DNA of 64,000 nt from Bigelowiella natans CCMP2755 (GCA_000320545.1 ADNK01003292.1:1781-65780); one strand, 5' to 3'; positions 49,170 through 62,423 are shown, counted from the first letter of the stretch. Numbers and translations: made by a program. The notes: generated by a model not told the origin, from the sequence alone.

Positions 49170-52100
49170 AATCTCACGTCATTTTGGCTTTCTTCCACAT
49201 ATCGTACAGTCCCTGTACCCCTCCTCCTCCTCCTCCTCCTCCTCCCCGTGCTAACGTTTCGTAAACCTGAGCAAAAACCAATGTTATCACTGAAAAGAAG
49301 ACAGGCTAAACGGCGTACGGAGAGGGAACAAAACGCATCTCTTTCAATCACCGAATTTGTTTGTTGCACGCTTGCTATTGGTCTTGAAAGCATTTTTGTT
49401 AAAGACAGGCGCATTATCATTCCATCCCCCCCCCCCCCTTCTCTGTTCCCTGTTTTACATTGTCCTCTTCAGTTGCCTACCTTGTTATTCGATTTAACGG
49501 AATTGAAATCTCCTGCCAATGCAATAAATGCTTCTGGAAACCTGAACCCATCATTGTTGTATTCATCATCATCAGCATCAACCTAAACCCATCATTGTTG
49601 TATTCATCATCATCATCAACATCACCATCATTATCACCATAATTCTTGTTATATTGCGTTGTAGCTCACTTCTGCTGCAGGCGATCCACGAGGGAAAGAA
49701 GGGCTTTCGCGCTCTGGCCGTCGAGGTTAAAACGCAGCGAGGTTGAATGAGAAGTGGTGAGGAGGTTGATATTATTGATGATGATGATTGTGAAGATGAT
49801 GGTGGTGGTGATGATGATGATGATAATGATGAGAAATCAGATTTAGTGCTAAGGTTTCTTCCATATCATCACTCGCTACCATCACCATTCGTCATTACCG
49901 CCACACTCACTCATTGTACCGTGCACTCACTACAAGCACTATCCTCAATCAAATTTTCTATTCTAATGCGACAACAACAAGCAACGGCCCCACTCACCTC
50001 CTCCCTTGCTCTCACTCCAACGTGATCTAAGTGCGTATTGACGATGCATATCTGCAGCGGGTAATGATGCCCCTGTTCTTTCTCTCCCTGCACAAGGCCC
50101 AGCAGCACCCACGTGGCAATACGTGCTTTCGCCCCGTCCCACCTGGCCATCAACACCAACGATGGAGGGTGATGATATGGCAAACAAGGCGACACCGATA
50201 ATGAAAAATGCTCATTTTGTGATGAAATGGATGGTGGTGATAATGATGAAGGTGATGATGGTCATTACTACTGCTACTACTACTACTACTACTACTACTA
50301 CTTTAAGACAAGAAAGATGGGAATTTAAGCGGTATATCCTCGCTGTATTACCCAACGGATCCTTCAATATGGGGTGTTTCGGACAGCCAAATAGTCTCTT
50401 CCTGCAAGTGCACATCAACCATTGATATAAGCTGCTGTTTCATGCTTACGACGAGACAGAGTCGAGCTGAGTATGATCAGGCGTATTTTTGTATTGAAAA
50501 GCCCCCTTCCCTCTTTCACCTCTTTCACACTTACTCCTACTAAAAACTACTAACAATACTACTCCTGCTACTACCGCTGCTGCTGTTACCCTAAAACAAC
50601 TACAACAACAAGAACAACACAACAGCAGCAACGACGGCGACAACTGGTACTTGTATCAGGGTGAATTTCTCCTTGTTAAAGAAGATTGCACAGTGCTCGT
50701 CTTCGTGAGTGCCGTTTCTGCAGCAGCCGATCCATCTAAAGAGAGGTTGTGGTGAGATCTAAATCAGGCGTTAACTCCTTCATCATCCGGTTGTTATTGT
50801 CGTTGTGTATGCGGATCGTTCGTCTCCCCCACCGAAAACCCAAGCCCTGTCAAAAATCCGTCGATGTTCCTGTTTCTTTTAGGAGTTTGTTCTGTGTTTC
50901 AGTATGGTGTTCTTACGAAAGTAGTAGAAGGCAAAGGAAAAGGAGAGGAGGAGGAGGAGGAGGAGGAGGGGAAACGTTTGAGCACGATCGATCCACGGGG
51001 GTGTAGCTTCCCTCCCAAGAATGCGGATTGTACGACGATGGTGAAAGTAACGATGCAGAAGACGACAACAATCACAACGAGAGGCAAGGAAACCTAAAGC
51101 TTTCCAGTGCCTCATCTAGGTACTCTAATTGCTGGATCCTTCCTTCCTGTGTTGCTACATGATATGGACGACAAGGTCAGCAGCACTAACATCATTTCGT
51201 CTCAAGTGCATCAATATATATTATATATATAATTTATATATATATCATGACTATTCGATGTGTTTCGCCTCTTTCGCTCGCTTTTTACCCACAATATCCG
51301 CATTGTATTTCTGTATCATTTTGACGACAGCTTCCCGACGATGCGGCCAACCATTTATACCTTTTCACGCGACCACAAAATCCATCTTCAGGATTAGGAG
51401 AAATCGTAACGAAGGGCTCGCCTTCCTATCATCATACAATTGGTGTTGCATGCTACCATCGCGCTCTGATCTAGAACTTGTGCGTAGATTAAACGTCCAG
51501 AGGTTTAAATCCACTGGTGGGAGAGACAGAGGGGGGAGAGTGGGGAGAGGGGGGGGAGAGAGACAACGGAGAAGAACGACGACGATGACGATGATGGTAA
51601 GGACGATGATCAAGATGACGAAAGGCTTTAGACTGAGTATGATAGGGTCGCACAATATCAGGATTTATCACGAATGGAAGTGTAGGTCACCTCCTGCGGG
51701 AGAGCCTGCAGAGGCATAGGAAGAAGCACTCCTAATTAGAAGCAAGCGTTCGTCGTTCATGCGTGAGCATAAATCTCAAGTGGTAAGTGTAGTAGGGACT
51801 ACTCAATGTACAATGGATAGACATTCATCTGCTTTTGATGGAGGGAAATTAGCACACTCAATGATACAAGGTTACGCTACTTATGCTCTCTGCTAGCGAC
51901 AGTGGACGAAGGCCTGCAATGCTTGAAAGGCCGTGGTTTTCCTTCGATGATAGTCCCTGTTGTGACCATATCTTCTCTCCCGAAACTTCTCGCGTATTTG
52001 AAACAGCAACTACGGAGATTCTTCATCATCATCCTCGCGCAAGGACGGCTGGCAAGGACCCTGCTGCTGCCCCCCCTCCCTTTTCCAGTCCTCCCTCCTT

Positions 52101-52248
52101 TCCGTGAGGGGACAATTTCCCACCCTGCGGTGAGAAGGAGCAAGGAGAGGAAGAAGAGGAGGAGGAGGGAAAGGACTATCGTGGTTGCTGCTGCAGTAGA
52201 AGATGTCGAATTGGAATAATCCCATGGACAACGTCTCCGATCCGCCAT
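48044..52248 (-). CDS. Endonuclease/exonuclease/phosphatase (EEP) family protein, multi-exon; 5' end uncertain
   Basis: Minus-strand exons in order: LWTFNLR (~51500), WPHRREAVVKMIQKYNADIV, TQEG, EDEHCAIFFN, RIATW...VNTHLDHVGVRARE (~50000-50140), LAGDFNS (~49510), HIDWLLYR (~48500) and YPS|DHFPVAAEI...* (stop 48044-48046). Confidence 0.85.
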
Positions 52249-53446
52249 TCAAGCGATGCAGTCTTAGCCCGGCGCTGCCTTCCCCCTTCCACCCTAGCCA
52301 CAATTTCAATCGCCCTTGTCAAGTAGATAATGAGCTAAATCTATCCTTCGTTGGGTGATGGAGATTAATTTGGGGGGGGGCAGGGGGGGGGGGGGATGCC
52401 ACGGCGATGACAACGACCGACGACGACGTCGACGTGTCTTTTCTCTCCCGTTATTATCTGCCCCTAGCTGCTGTAATAAGAATAATTTATATGAGGAAAC
52501 ATCTAACTAATATTCAGAAAATTATTGATAATCTGGAAATTACAGGTTGATGCACATCTCATAGAAAAAAAATGTAATTAGATTTTATTTCGATTAAATT
52601 GTGTCAGAAACCTTGATCTCTGCTGCACTCTTCGGGCTACCAGCTCGTCCTTCGTCGATGGACGGCACGACCCCATCGAACACGGCTAGACGGGGAGATG
52701 CGACCATGCAAAGGGGCTTTTGATCGGTTGGTTTCGACCGAGCGTGTGCATTGAGATCTGAAATCACGATATTTCATTCTTCAATTCTTTCCCCCGCCCC
52801 CCCCACCAATCTCACCAGAGTGTTTGTTCGTGCACAGGCTAGCTAGCTAGCAGGCCTGCTGGCTGGGGACCGCAACGGCTGTCCTTCACGCGTGTGGCGA
52901 TGCGATTATTGACCGAGACCTTGCTGGAAAGGAAGGGATTTGATTCGGACGATGTGAGCATACGCACGGTACTTAAACTGGCATGATCACATTTTTTCAA
53001 TGTGTGGTCATTCTGCGCTAGCCAGGTGTAGCTTTGCATGCAATGCGGCACAGATGTGCACAGCGCATCAATAACATCATGCACTATTGCATCAACATGC
53101 AGGCGCCAGCGGTGTACCGTAGTGTAGCATGTAAGCAGATGCGAAAGGATTCATGACTCCGTCATTGTTTGCGCAGTAGACGCTGCTATGTATCAATGTG
53201 CACGTACAATTCTATATTTCTAAATCGCATAATAAACACACCATTCATGTAATTCAAGCTAGCTAGCTGTGAGCCGCATGCGGTGCGCTGTGCGGATATT
53301 CATATACGTCTCTAGATAGACGTTAGCGTACTAGCTTACGACAGGTATAGGCACGCCTGTGTTGTCACATATCTACAAACTACAACGCGTTCTACAGGCC
53401 TGTCACTCCAGCATGAAACTATTGGGAACACGACGACAAAGCGAAT

Positions 53447-54277
53447 CTATCCTTCAGATTTTCCTCCTTCTGCACCGCTCTCACCAGAAGAGATGGCAGG
53501 ATCACTTGCCTTGTCCATTTGATCCTCCGCTTGTTTGATGGCACTATCGACATCATCTTCACCTCCCACCCCCTCCTCTTCTTCGAAAACTAGCTCAGGA
53601 GCTCGGGAATCAATCTCTTTTGCGAGCCTCAAGTTTCGCTCTTCCGGAAGTTCTGCCTGCGGCTGCAACCTTATGTCAAATGGCAGACGAGATTGTAGCA
53701 TATTCTCGAACGACTTCATGCGGTCTCCCTTGGTGTACATCGGGAGTTTCTCTGGCCAAAATCCATCCGGGAGCAACTGTACATGTGAATAACCAACATA
53801 TATCATCATCATCAGCATCCTCGTCGCCATGATCGTCTTTGTTCTTGCTCTCTCCTCCCCCCCCAACATACACATATGACGAATTTAAAATTAGAGCCAG
53901 ATATTACTGTTACACCTGCTCGCTAAGTGCGAGCCTGTATATGCATCTTAACACGTATGTAGTATGGTGACCGCTATATACATGCAACATCTCTAGCTAC
54001 AATGGCTTTCCCGTGATCAACTCCTTTCTAAGTTTAACCCTCCTCCTCTGCCTCCTCTTTCCCTAGCCTCCACTATCTGGTGTTCCGACCTGCCTATCGA
54101 ACGTGTCTTCGTTGATTTGCGCTTCGTCTACGATCCATTCAGGGGACTCCTTTGTCAGAACGTACTCAAGCTCTTCCTTCATTTCGTCCTGTTTGTCGTT
54201 TTTCCACAGATGCCTGGAATCATGAGTTTTAGTTGTATTTTATATACATTTGTACCAATCTTCCTGAATCCCTATAT

Positions 54278-54321
<44 letters not shown>

Positions 54322-55172
54322 ATTAAAAATATCATTATGTATATTTCTTTCTTATATATTCCTTCATCCCTGCGTGATATACTGGGCAGCAAGTGCTACG
54401 ATGCATCCTCATCACCCTCCCGCTTCTCTGGAGATTCAAGTACCATTTTCGCATTTGCTCTTTGAATTCCAATTCCTGACGGATTCGTCTTTCTTCGTCC
54501 TCCTTCGCCTTGCGCTCCAGGAATGCTGCTGTTTTTTCCTCCGCGATTCTGGCTTTCTCTGCACGACGAGCCTGATTGGAAGTAGTTGTGCACGTGTGTA
54601 TGCATGCGTGTGAGGGTGCAACGTTCAGAAGTTGTATCTTTGACATAAATCTCCAAAGAAATGTTTTGGGATTGATCAGCGAATCATCGCCCACTTTCAC
54701 GTTGGAAAACGATAATTCAACCGAACAATTTGTCTTAGTCGTGAATGCAATAACCTCTCTCTCCGCCTGCAGCTGAGCCTCTCGTGCTGCCTTCGCAGCT
54801 TCTATCTCCGCCATTTCTTGCATGTACTGCTTTCTGTAAGCGGTCATCTGAAAAATGACACGTGATAATTTTATCTTAAAAAATAAAAGCAAATGTCTGC
54901 AGCTCGACAACGGATACTCTACTCAGCAAGCACAAAAGGATGGTGTAGACGATCTTCTTAACCACCTCGCTTTTGAAACGCCGCCGGTCCATGACATATG
55001 CAGACTCTTCGGCATTAGGAACCCATTTTCCCCCATCATTAGAAGATTGAGGCTCTTTTGAGGCATCAGGCGCCGAGGAAAACCCACGACTCCAGGAAGA
55101 GGCAGCATAAGCACCATGACCACCATGGCCGCCACGGACCCTTGCGCGAGCCACCGTCCCCAGCCGGCGCAT
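53447..55172 (-). CDS. Putative mitochondrial coiled-coil protein, possibly mitoribosomal mS26-like; multi-exon
   Basis: Arg-rich presequence ending SRGFSS; long E/K/R/A helical region; exon ~54095-54213 encodes LTKESPEWIVDEAQI, reminiscent of the ES..WI motif of mS26. The family call is tentative. Confidence 0.5.
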
Positions 55173-55545
55173 TTCTATTCTAGTGACTCTGGATGCAGAT
55201 TTTATCAGAAATGTAATGTAAATTTATACTGCGACAAAGTATAGTGATTGTCTTAGAAGCTGATGGAGTCCCTGTAGCCATTATTTCCCAAGAAAGTTGA
55301 GTAAATTCAGACTAAGTCTGTGGATATATCTGGGACGAAATTATGACAGGATGGTTGATGCGTCGCAACAATAACTACAATTTTCCTAATTTGGCAATCA
55401 TAATTCACGCCCCCGCCCCATCGTTAGATCTATGGCGAAACGTGTTGGAGCTGGGATTGTGTTTGGAGTTGACTTATAACATTGCCATGTTACCAGCCAG
55501 CAGTAGTTAGGACCTCCATCTTCGCACCAGCTCGGCCTTTCAGTG

Positions 55546-57930
55546 ATGCAGGACGATGGGAATAATAATACCATTCGACGGCAAGAGATGGAACACGCAC
55601 CGCTCCTCAGGGGAGACGCCAAACAACGTGGAACACAATACACGGAAACCAACATTATTGCAGCTCGTTCTGCTTCGATCGAAAATGCCGGCAAATCGGA
55701 CAATGACCATCCAGAGAGCTCATGGCCCTTTGTGGGAAATACGACGAGGTTTAGCGATCACGGACTCGTCGTAGTAGTGAGACAATTTATTCAGTTTGGT
55801 GTTGGTTGTGTTTTCACCCTCATTTGGGTGTCGGCGATTGTAATAGTATTCGCGGTTTGCATAAACTGGACGACGGATGGGCTGCTTGTCGCTGCGCTGC
55901 TACGTGGCAAGTCGGACTCTCCTGTGGAAGCAAGAATTCTCAGTATGTTTGTGGCGGTGATTTCCCTTCTCTTCCGCGTGTTTTATGCAACCTGTATTCT
56001 TTGGGTTGCCGTCAGTGCAAGCAAAGAAATGATAAGGGGTCTCCGAGAAGGCTACAGCCCTGCCGTGAGAAGTTTCATCAGTAAGGCGCTTGACCCGGCA
56101 AGCACGTGCACGCAAAGGTTGTTTTGGATGTTAATCTTCATCGCGTGGATTATCCTCCTCGGCTCTTTTGAATTCCTGTTGGTTTCTAAAAACTTGTACG
56201 GTCACTTCGGGCCTATATTCTGGTACACGATGCTGATGGGCAGCTGCACGATCACCGGCCTGTGCTTGCTGTTTGCCGAGTACATACGATGGTGCCATCA
56301 GATTATATCCGACCCTAGGCTTCCCGAATCAACATTCCAGCCTACGACCATGCTATGTACATTCTTCCGCCAATGGAAAAATCTCCATGGGGCGAGTTGG
56401 TTCTTGTTAGCCATTCACTCCATCGTGCACATTGGGCTTTTCCCCTTCACTCTCTGGAGGCTGCAACACGTACAGACAGCTTGGCAGGGAGCATTGGCGT
56501 TGACTAAGCTGCTGTTCTATGTTTTATCATTTATTTTGGTGCCCTATTTCACGCTCAACGTGGTTCCGACGTTCCTTAACTATGTCGGTGATGTCAATCA
56601 GCAAGTTGACACTGAAGCCTCTCCTGGTAGCGGAGGGAACCGTAGCAGCGACAGAAATGGTAGCGACATTCGCTGGTGGCTCTGGATAATGTGCTTAATA
56701 TTGACAGCTGGATTCGTCTCCATCGGCGTGCCATTGGTGTACAATGGGTGGGGCGCATGGTTCGGGGCCTCGTCCATCTCGATCTTCTTCGGCATTCTCT
56801 GGTCTGTCGTGTTCGATAACCATATCAAGAGAGAGGGGAAGAAACTCAACTTTGCCCTGGTTGTAGCATATCTTCTTATCACTTGGTGCTGCTTTACCAT
56901 GGTGCTGCTGCATATCTCAAGCTCTCCTCCTCAAGTCGCATCGCCAGCTGCTAATAGACACGATGATAGTCCTTCTTTTTCTTCCCCTCCTCTACCTCTC
57001 ATGCATCGAAAAGCCATAAATCATAGCCTTCCTGTGTATGGAATCTGCCAAAAAGATTGGTATGGGCTGAGCGCGCTTGAATTAGGCGAAATAGCAAGAA
57101 TCTCTTACGAAATCCCCTCGTATTCCTCGGAAGAATCGTTAAGAGAGACAATAAGCAACATGACACAGTATTTAAACAATTTCCTATGCTCCCCTCTCGC
57201 ACTTGTTGAGCCCAGACCTCCATTCAACCGAGTTCAGTACTGCCCGTTCTCTGTCGAGATGGTGTCGTCATCCCCCCCCTTCTTCGCTCACATCAAGGGC
57301 GGGAATCTGAACGTCATTGCGATTCGAGGCAGCGCAGATGTCCTCGACTTCTTCGAGGACTTCCAAGTGTGGAGCGAGATTGGAACTCTGCAGCTTGTGA
57401 GCTTTATAGTGCCTCTATACCACCTTTGGCCGGTGCGGTTGGCTGCTCAATATGCGTGGCTGGTTGACTTAGCCTTCCAGAAAGACATGTACGTCAGGGG
57501 CGTGGAACGCTACATGCACAATGCTGGCCTGATCGACTATAAAGGGAAGGATCCATTCAAACGAGTGCTCCTCACTGGCCACTCTCTAGGTGGGGGACTC
57601 GCAGCTATCATAGGAGCTCGGACAGATCACCGCTCCATCGGCTTCTCTAGCCCGGGGGCAACGCTCCAACATGTGAAGTTCAACTTCGAATGGGAGAGTC
57701 TACGAAAGACTTCCACCACAATTTTCAGCTACGGTGACTATGTACCGAATTTCGATATTCACTCCGGTTTGATCCAGGCGGTGATGTGTCGCGCGTCCGA
57801 GGGCCTGAAGTGCCACTCGCTGCATGACTTGCTCTGCGAGATCGTCGCTGGCTGCCCGGCGTTACCAGACTTGTATCTTACAGATGAAGCATACTGGAAT
57901 AATCGGTGTGTCAACTCGGCTTCTGGCTGA
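55546..57930 (+). CDS. Multi-pass membrane protein with C-terminal class-3 lipase domain, intronless
   Basis: 795-aa ORF with many hydrophobic helices, then VIAIRGS, LLTGHSLGGGLAA (GxSxG), FSSPG, D.VP and a terminal CHS. Confidence 0.9.
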   Translation: MQDDGNNNTIRRQEMEHAPLLRGDAKQRGTQYTETNIIAARSASIENAGKSDNDHPESSWPFVGNTTRFSDHGLVVVVRQFIQFGVGCVFTLIWVSAIVIVFAVCINWTTDGLLVAALLRGKSDSPVEARILSMFVAVISLLFRVFYATCILWVAVSASKEMIRGLREGYSPAVRSFISKALDPASTCTQRLFWMLIFIAWIILLGSFEFLLVSKNLYGHFGPIFWYTMLMGSCTITGLCLLFAEYIRWCHQIISDPRLPESTFQPTTMLCTFFRQWKNLHGASWFLLAIHSIVHIGLFPFTLWRLQHVQTAWQGALALTKLLFYVLSFILVPYFTLNVVPTFLNYVGDVNQQVDTEASPGSGGNRSSDRNGSDIRWWLWIMCLILTAGFVSIGVPLVYNGWGAWFGASSISIFFGILWSVVFDNHIKREGKKLNFALVVAYLLITWCCFTMVLLHISSSPPQVASPAANRHDDSPSFSSPPLPLMHRKAINHSLPVYGICQKDWYGLSALELGEIARISYEIPSYSSEESLRETISNMTQYLNNFLCSPLALVEPRPPFNRVQYCPFSVEMVSSSPPFFAHIKGGNLNVIAIRGSADVLDFFEDFQVWSEIGTLQLVSFIVPLYHLWPVRLAAQYAWLVDLAFQKDMYVRGVERYMHNAGLIDYKGKDPFKRVLLTGHSLGGGLAAIIGARTDHRSIGFSSPGATLQHVKFNFEWESLRKTSTTIFSYGDYVPNFDIHSGLIQAVMCRASEGLKCHSLHDLLCEIVAGCPALPDLYLTDEAYWNNRCVNSASG

Positions 57931-58517
57931 TGAGTTCCATCATCTTTGCATGAGTAGTGAGAGACTTGGGCCTCCTTGCTTGCTTGGTTCCATGAACCAA
58001 AAACCAGCACCGCACTCACGGAAGATGTCCACATGCGGCGCAGCTGTGATCTACACATAGATCCCTTAATACAGAGCTAAGAAATGCGATTTGTCGATCG
58101 CAGATGTGTTGCATCTCACACGTTGCAACCAAAGTGTCGTGTTCATTGACATGGAATCACAATGCTCATGCATCGTATCAATGCATGTGCATGCGTGACA
58201 CCGTGCACATGTAGCCATCCAACACTTGATCCCCAAGCAACAAAAGAATTGCAAAGTGATGATGATGCACACTGGCATTGCTAGATTGACTCGTTCTGTA
58301 GCCCTACAAGGCTACATAGCGTACGCACGCACGAACACGTGTAGTTCAGTGCACATGTTCTTTGCAACACGTGCTCGAGGTTCGGTACATTGCTCTGAAC
58401 CGTCTTGGTGATCGCAAGTGCAACGAGACAGAGATCAGCCGGTACGCTCTGTAGCTCTATGAGGCTACACAACGTGTTTGTTGCCCAGCTAGCCAGTCAC
58501 ATTGCGTTGCAACACAC

Positions 58518-58650
58518 GCATCATGCACTCATGGCACCAGAATTCATGAGCAACGTGAAGCCCGTAGCACTGCTAGACTGCACATGCATCATGCACTCAT
58601 AGCACCAGAATTCATGAGCAACACGAAGCCCGTAGCACTGCACATGCATC
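58518..58650 (+). repeat. Short tandem duplication (68-bp offset)
   Basis: GCATCATGCACTCATRGCACCAGAATTCATGAGCAAC..GAAGCCCGTAGCACTGC occurs twice. Confidence 0.9.
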
Positions 58651-59468
58651 AACTAGCCACAGTGCAAACAAAATGCAAATCGCGACATCACGGCTCGTTT
58701 GTTGTGGCATGCCAGCATGGGCGAGCTAGCGAGGTGTCAGATGGCCTTGGAAATGACATCACTTTGTCATGTGTGTGTGCACAAACCATCACTTTTCTTC
58801 ACGCGATTGCTCGAAGTTTTGCATCGACCATGTCTAGATGTGCTACGCTCATGTGGATGCGTCGTTGCACACCCTTCGAATGTGACACGAACACCGAGAT
58901 TCAGTTCTGATTTTCTTCGACGGCTCCTCGAATTTCCTCCAAGCTCGTGAAATTTTCTCCAGGATCATTGGAGCATTGAAGAATCCCATGCTCTCATCGT
59001 CAATACGCATCCCCCTTTCGTAGCTTTGCTTTGCAGCAGCCCTGAACGAGCGGATCAACAAGAAAGATGGTTTTCTTCAAGCCGAGGAGTGTTCGCAAAA
59101 GAGTCGGTCTCTATTTTCCACATGAATTAACTTTTATTTCCCAGTCTCTTTGTGGAAATGCCCTACAATTTTAGATAAATCTTCCAAAACTACGCCCAAC
59201 AATCTCAAAACCATTTCCTCTTTCCTGGCCGCTACCCACTAAGATTTGAGGTGTGAAGGGGGTGGGGCGTGCGGATCGGAAACTCGCTGGAGGGAGAGAC
59301 CTTTTTCGTGCATAAGAATTGAGATTAATTTCGTAACATCTTAAGAAAACAGATGATTGGTGAGGTTTCAATGAGGGGGGGGAAATGGATACCAAAAGCC
59401 ATGTTGCCGAGAGAAGAAACATCAAGACCTGAACGTTGTTTCTTTTTCTTAGTCGGATCACCAAGAAG

Positions 59469-60650
59469 ATGTCAGAGAATTTCTGGCAGAGATCCCGGGG
59501 GAAGAGGAGGAGTGCCCCAGCGAGGGGAAAGTCAAAAAAGGAAGTGGAAGAATGTAATATAATCCCGTAATGACATCGGAAGAATATTCTCGAAATCCTT
59601 CACTCAACATTTCTGCACTCCATAATCATTGGAAGAATATTCTCGAAATCCTTTACTCAACATTTCTGCACCCCATAATCATTGGAAGAATATTCTCGAA
59701 ATCCTTCACTCAACATTTCTGCACTCCATAATCATTGGAAGAATATTCTCGAAATCCTTCACTCAACATTTCTGCACTCCATAATCATTCACAGTGGTCG
59801 CAAAATTAAGTGCCATGGGGTTCAGCGAAAATGATTGTAGGAAAGCCCTCAAATCCACGGTTGGTATACAGTACGTAACAAAGTGATAGTTAGAAGCGAA
59901 AACGCCTGATTTTGGCACTTACAACTACAAAAGAATCTAAAGCACTAACGAAGACAACCTGTCTATAACATAGAATTACATCGAACAAGAGGCAGTAAAT
60001 ATTCTGCTGAATAACCCTTCGAAGCCATCTAATAAGAAGTCGCCCCGTAAGAAATCCCCTGCCAGGACGAAGAAGAAGAGCAGATACTTGCCCCCCCCTC
60101 CGTTCGCTGCATTGGAAGAGGATGTTGAATTCGAAAAGGGAAACTTCTTGGATTGCCGTGACAAGTATGGAATGTGGCTCGAGGCTGAAGTTGTCAAACT
60201 CAGAAAGTACTTAGAGTAGTAGCTCGGTTACATCAGCTGTGTTATTGTTCTACGAGTGGTGGTGGTGGTTGTAGTAGAAGAAGAAGAAGAAGAAGAAGAA
60301 GAAGGGCAGTGGTGGCTAGCTATTGTTTCGTCAAAAATTTAGCGTTTTTGTCTATAGACAGCAGGGTCTGGATAATCCTTGAATAATATATGTTTTAATG
60401 TGCAAACTTGAGTTTCTCCCTCCTCCTCATCCTCCTCCTCATCCTCCTCCTCATCATCCTCCTCATCATCCTCATCCTCATCCTCATCCTCCTCCTCCTG
60501 ATCGTACTCTTCTCTTAGCGACGAGGTGTTGATTCACTATAACAACTGGGACAGCAAATGGGACGAATGGATTCCTCTCAAGGACAAAGATAAATTTGCC
60601 CCTTTCCATCGACTTTCAGTCCATGGTGAGCTCGAGCATAATAATAATAA

Positions 60651-60681
<31 letters not shown>

Positions 60682-61422
60682 CAGCAGCAGCAGCGTTGCT
60701 CACAATTCGAATTCATGCTGGAGGAAGTGACTTTGCCAAATAGAATCTACGCTGCCTCGAAAAGAATGAAGGATTCTTTGGTGATCCCACCATCGATACT
60801 TCACTGCTCTTTTTGTGTGGGGAGAAACTTAAGGAAATGCAGCACATGATCGACGCGTATTCAGCGCCATTAAACCCTTTTCTTCGTGCCGCATTGTTGC
60901 ACTGAATTGGGCTTATCTGCCTTCGTATTCTTCTTCTCTCCCAACAGGCAAACAGACAAAGTATAGAATGAATGCTAAAGTCGCAATATGGGGTCCCAAT
61001 GGGCTGCGCAAGTGGTTTCAGGGAGTCATAACGGACATAAAGCACAAACAAGTCAAAGTAACATACGACGAGGTACTCTATATAGTCATTATTATGCGAA
61101 GAAGAAGAAGAAGAAGAAGGAGGAGGAGGAAGATACAACCCTAGAACATCGCAAACATAGCACCTGCTTGACGCTCTCTCGTAATCACGAGTAGCCTTCG
61201 TCATGTATCATCACTCGTCATCATTTTTGTCGAATTTTGCCTTAGTGCCAATCGTAGAAATAAGTTTCTGGCCAGATCGTATTTTCTTGTGTTAATTGTG
61301 GTTGAATTCTCCCTCACCCCCCTCACCCCCCTCTCCCCCCTCTCCCCTCCCCCCGTGGATGCGAGTAACCAAAGTTCTCAACTTCTTAATGTGCCTTCTC
61401 CTCCTCCTGCTGCTGCTGCTGC

Positions 61423-61463
<41 letters not shown>

Positions 61464-62423
61464 GTGTGTGCACAGAGCTCCAAGAATCGTGATTGCGACT
61501 ATTGGTATCATTACGAATCGCCTGATATCTGTTTAATACAAGACTTCGACAGCTACCAAGAAAGGCTGAGAACACAAGTTGTAGACGACGACCCTGACTC
61601 CAATGTCCTTCCCTCCCCCAACAAGCCGCCGGCCTCCTCCTCCTCCTCCTCCTCCCCCACCCCCCATTCTTCGTCTAAGACAGAAGAATGGTATGAAGGA
61701 AAGGTATTGCTCCTCTTCCGATTACCCGGATGATGCTAGTTACGAAGTGCAACGGCGCTTATGAATATATGACATGCCTCGTGTGTTGATCCCTGCACGC
61801 AAAATACAGCATAACCTTCCAACCGAATGAGTAGTCAATTGTATTCTCGCTCACACCAGATGATAGAGGTGCTCGACACCGCTAAAAAATGGCTTCCGGC
61901 TGAGGTGCTGAAGGTGAAAAAGAGGAAAGGGGGAGGGCATATGCTCTTTGTGAGTTATGAGAATTGGGATTCCAGGTCAATAGTGATGATGATGGTGATG
62001 ATGATGGTGATGATGATGGTATGGATCGGTGCTAGACACTAAGAGCAACCCAATTACGATCACAAAAGAAGAAGCAGCAGCAGCACGGCAGATAGGGGGG
62101 GGGAGTACTCGGGAAATGCCAAACTCAACATTGCATGAAAACCCATCTTCGAGAGGAAAGGGGAGGGGGGGGGGGGGGGAGAGGGGACGCTTCTGCCACC
62201 TTGTGGAAGATGCAAAGTTGGATTATAGATTATAGAAGTAGTACACTCATTACTTGCGTTATGATAACTGCCCCCATCATCACATGTTTGTTAGTTGGGA
62301 CGAATGGATTGATACGATAAAAGCTAAGGGGAGGGTCAGGCCTTTAGGTATTTCTCACTACTTTCCCCCCCCCCCTCATAGAAACCAGTTTCATCCACTT
62401 TGTAAAGCAATAGAGAAGGAGAA

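Noticed and set aside
50760-50800. Intronic C/D snoRNA (ATGATGA...CTGA on the - strand)
   Set aside because: The boxes are only ~12 nt apart with no second box pair, and ATGATGA is ubiquitous here because of GAT repeats.
59578-59789. CRISPR-like array
   Set aside because: Units are contiguous with no unique spacers, lie in a eukaryotic intron and have no cas genes nearby.
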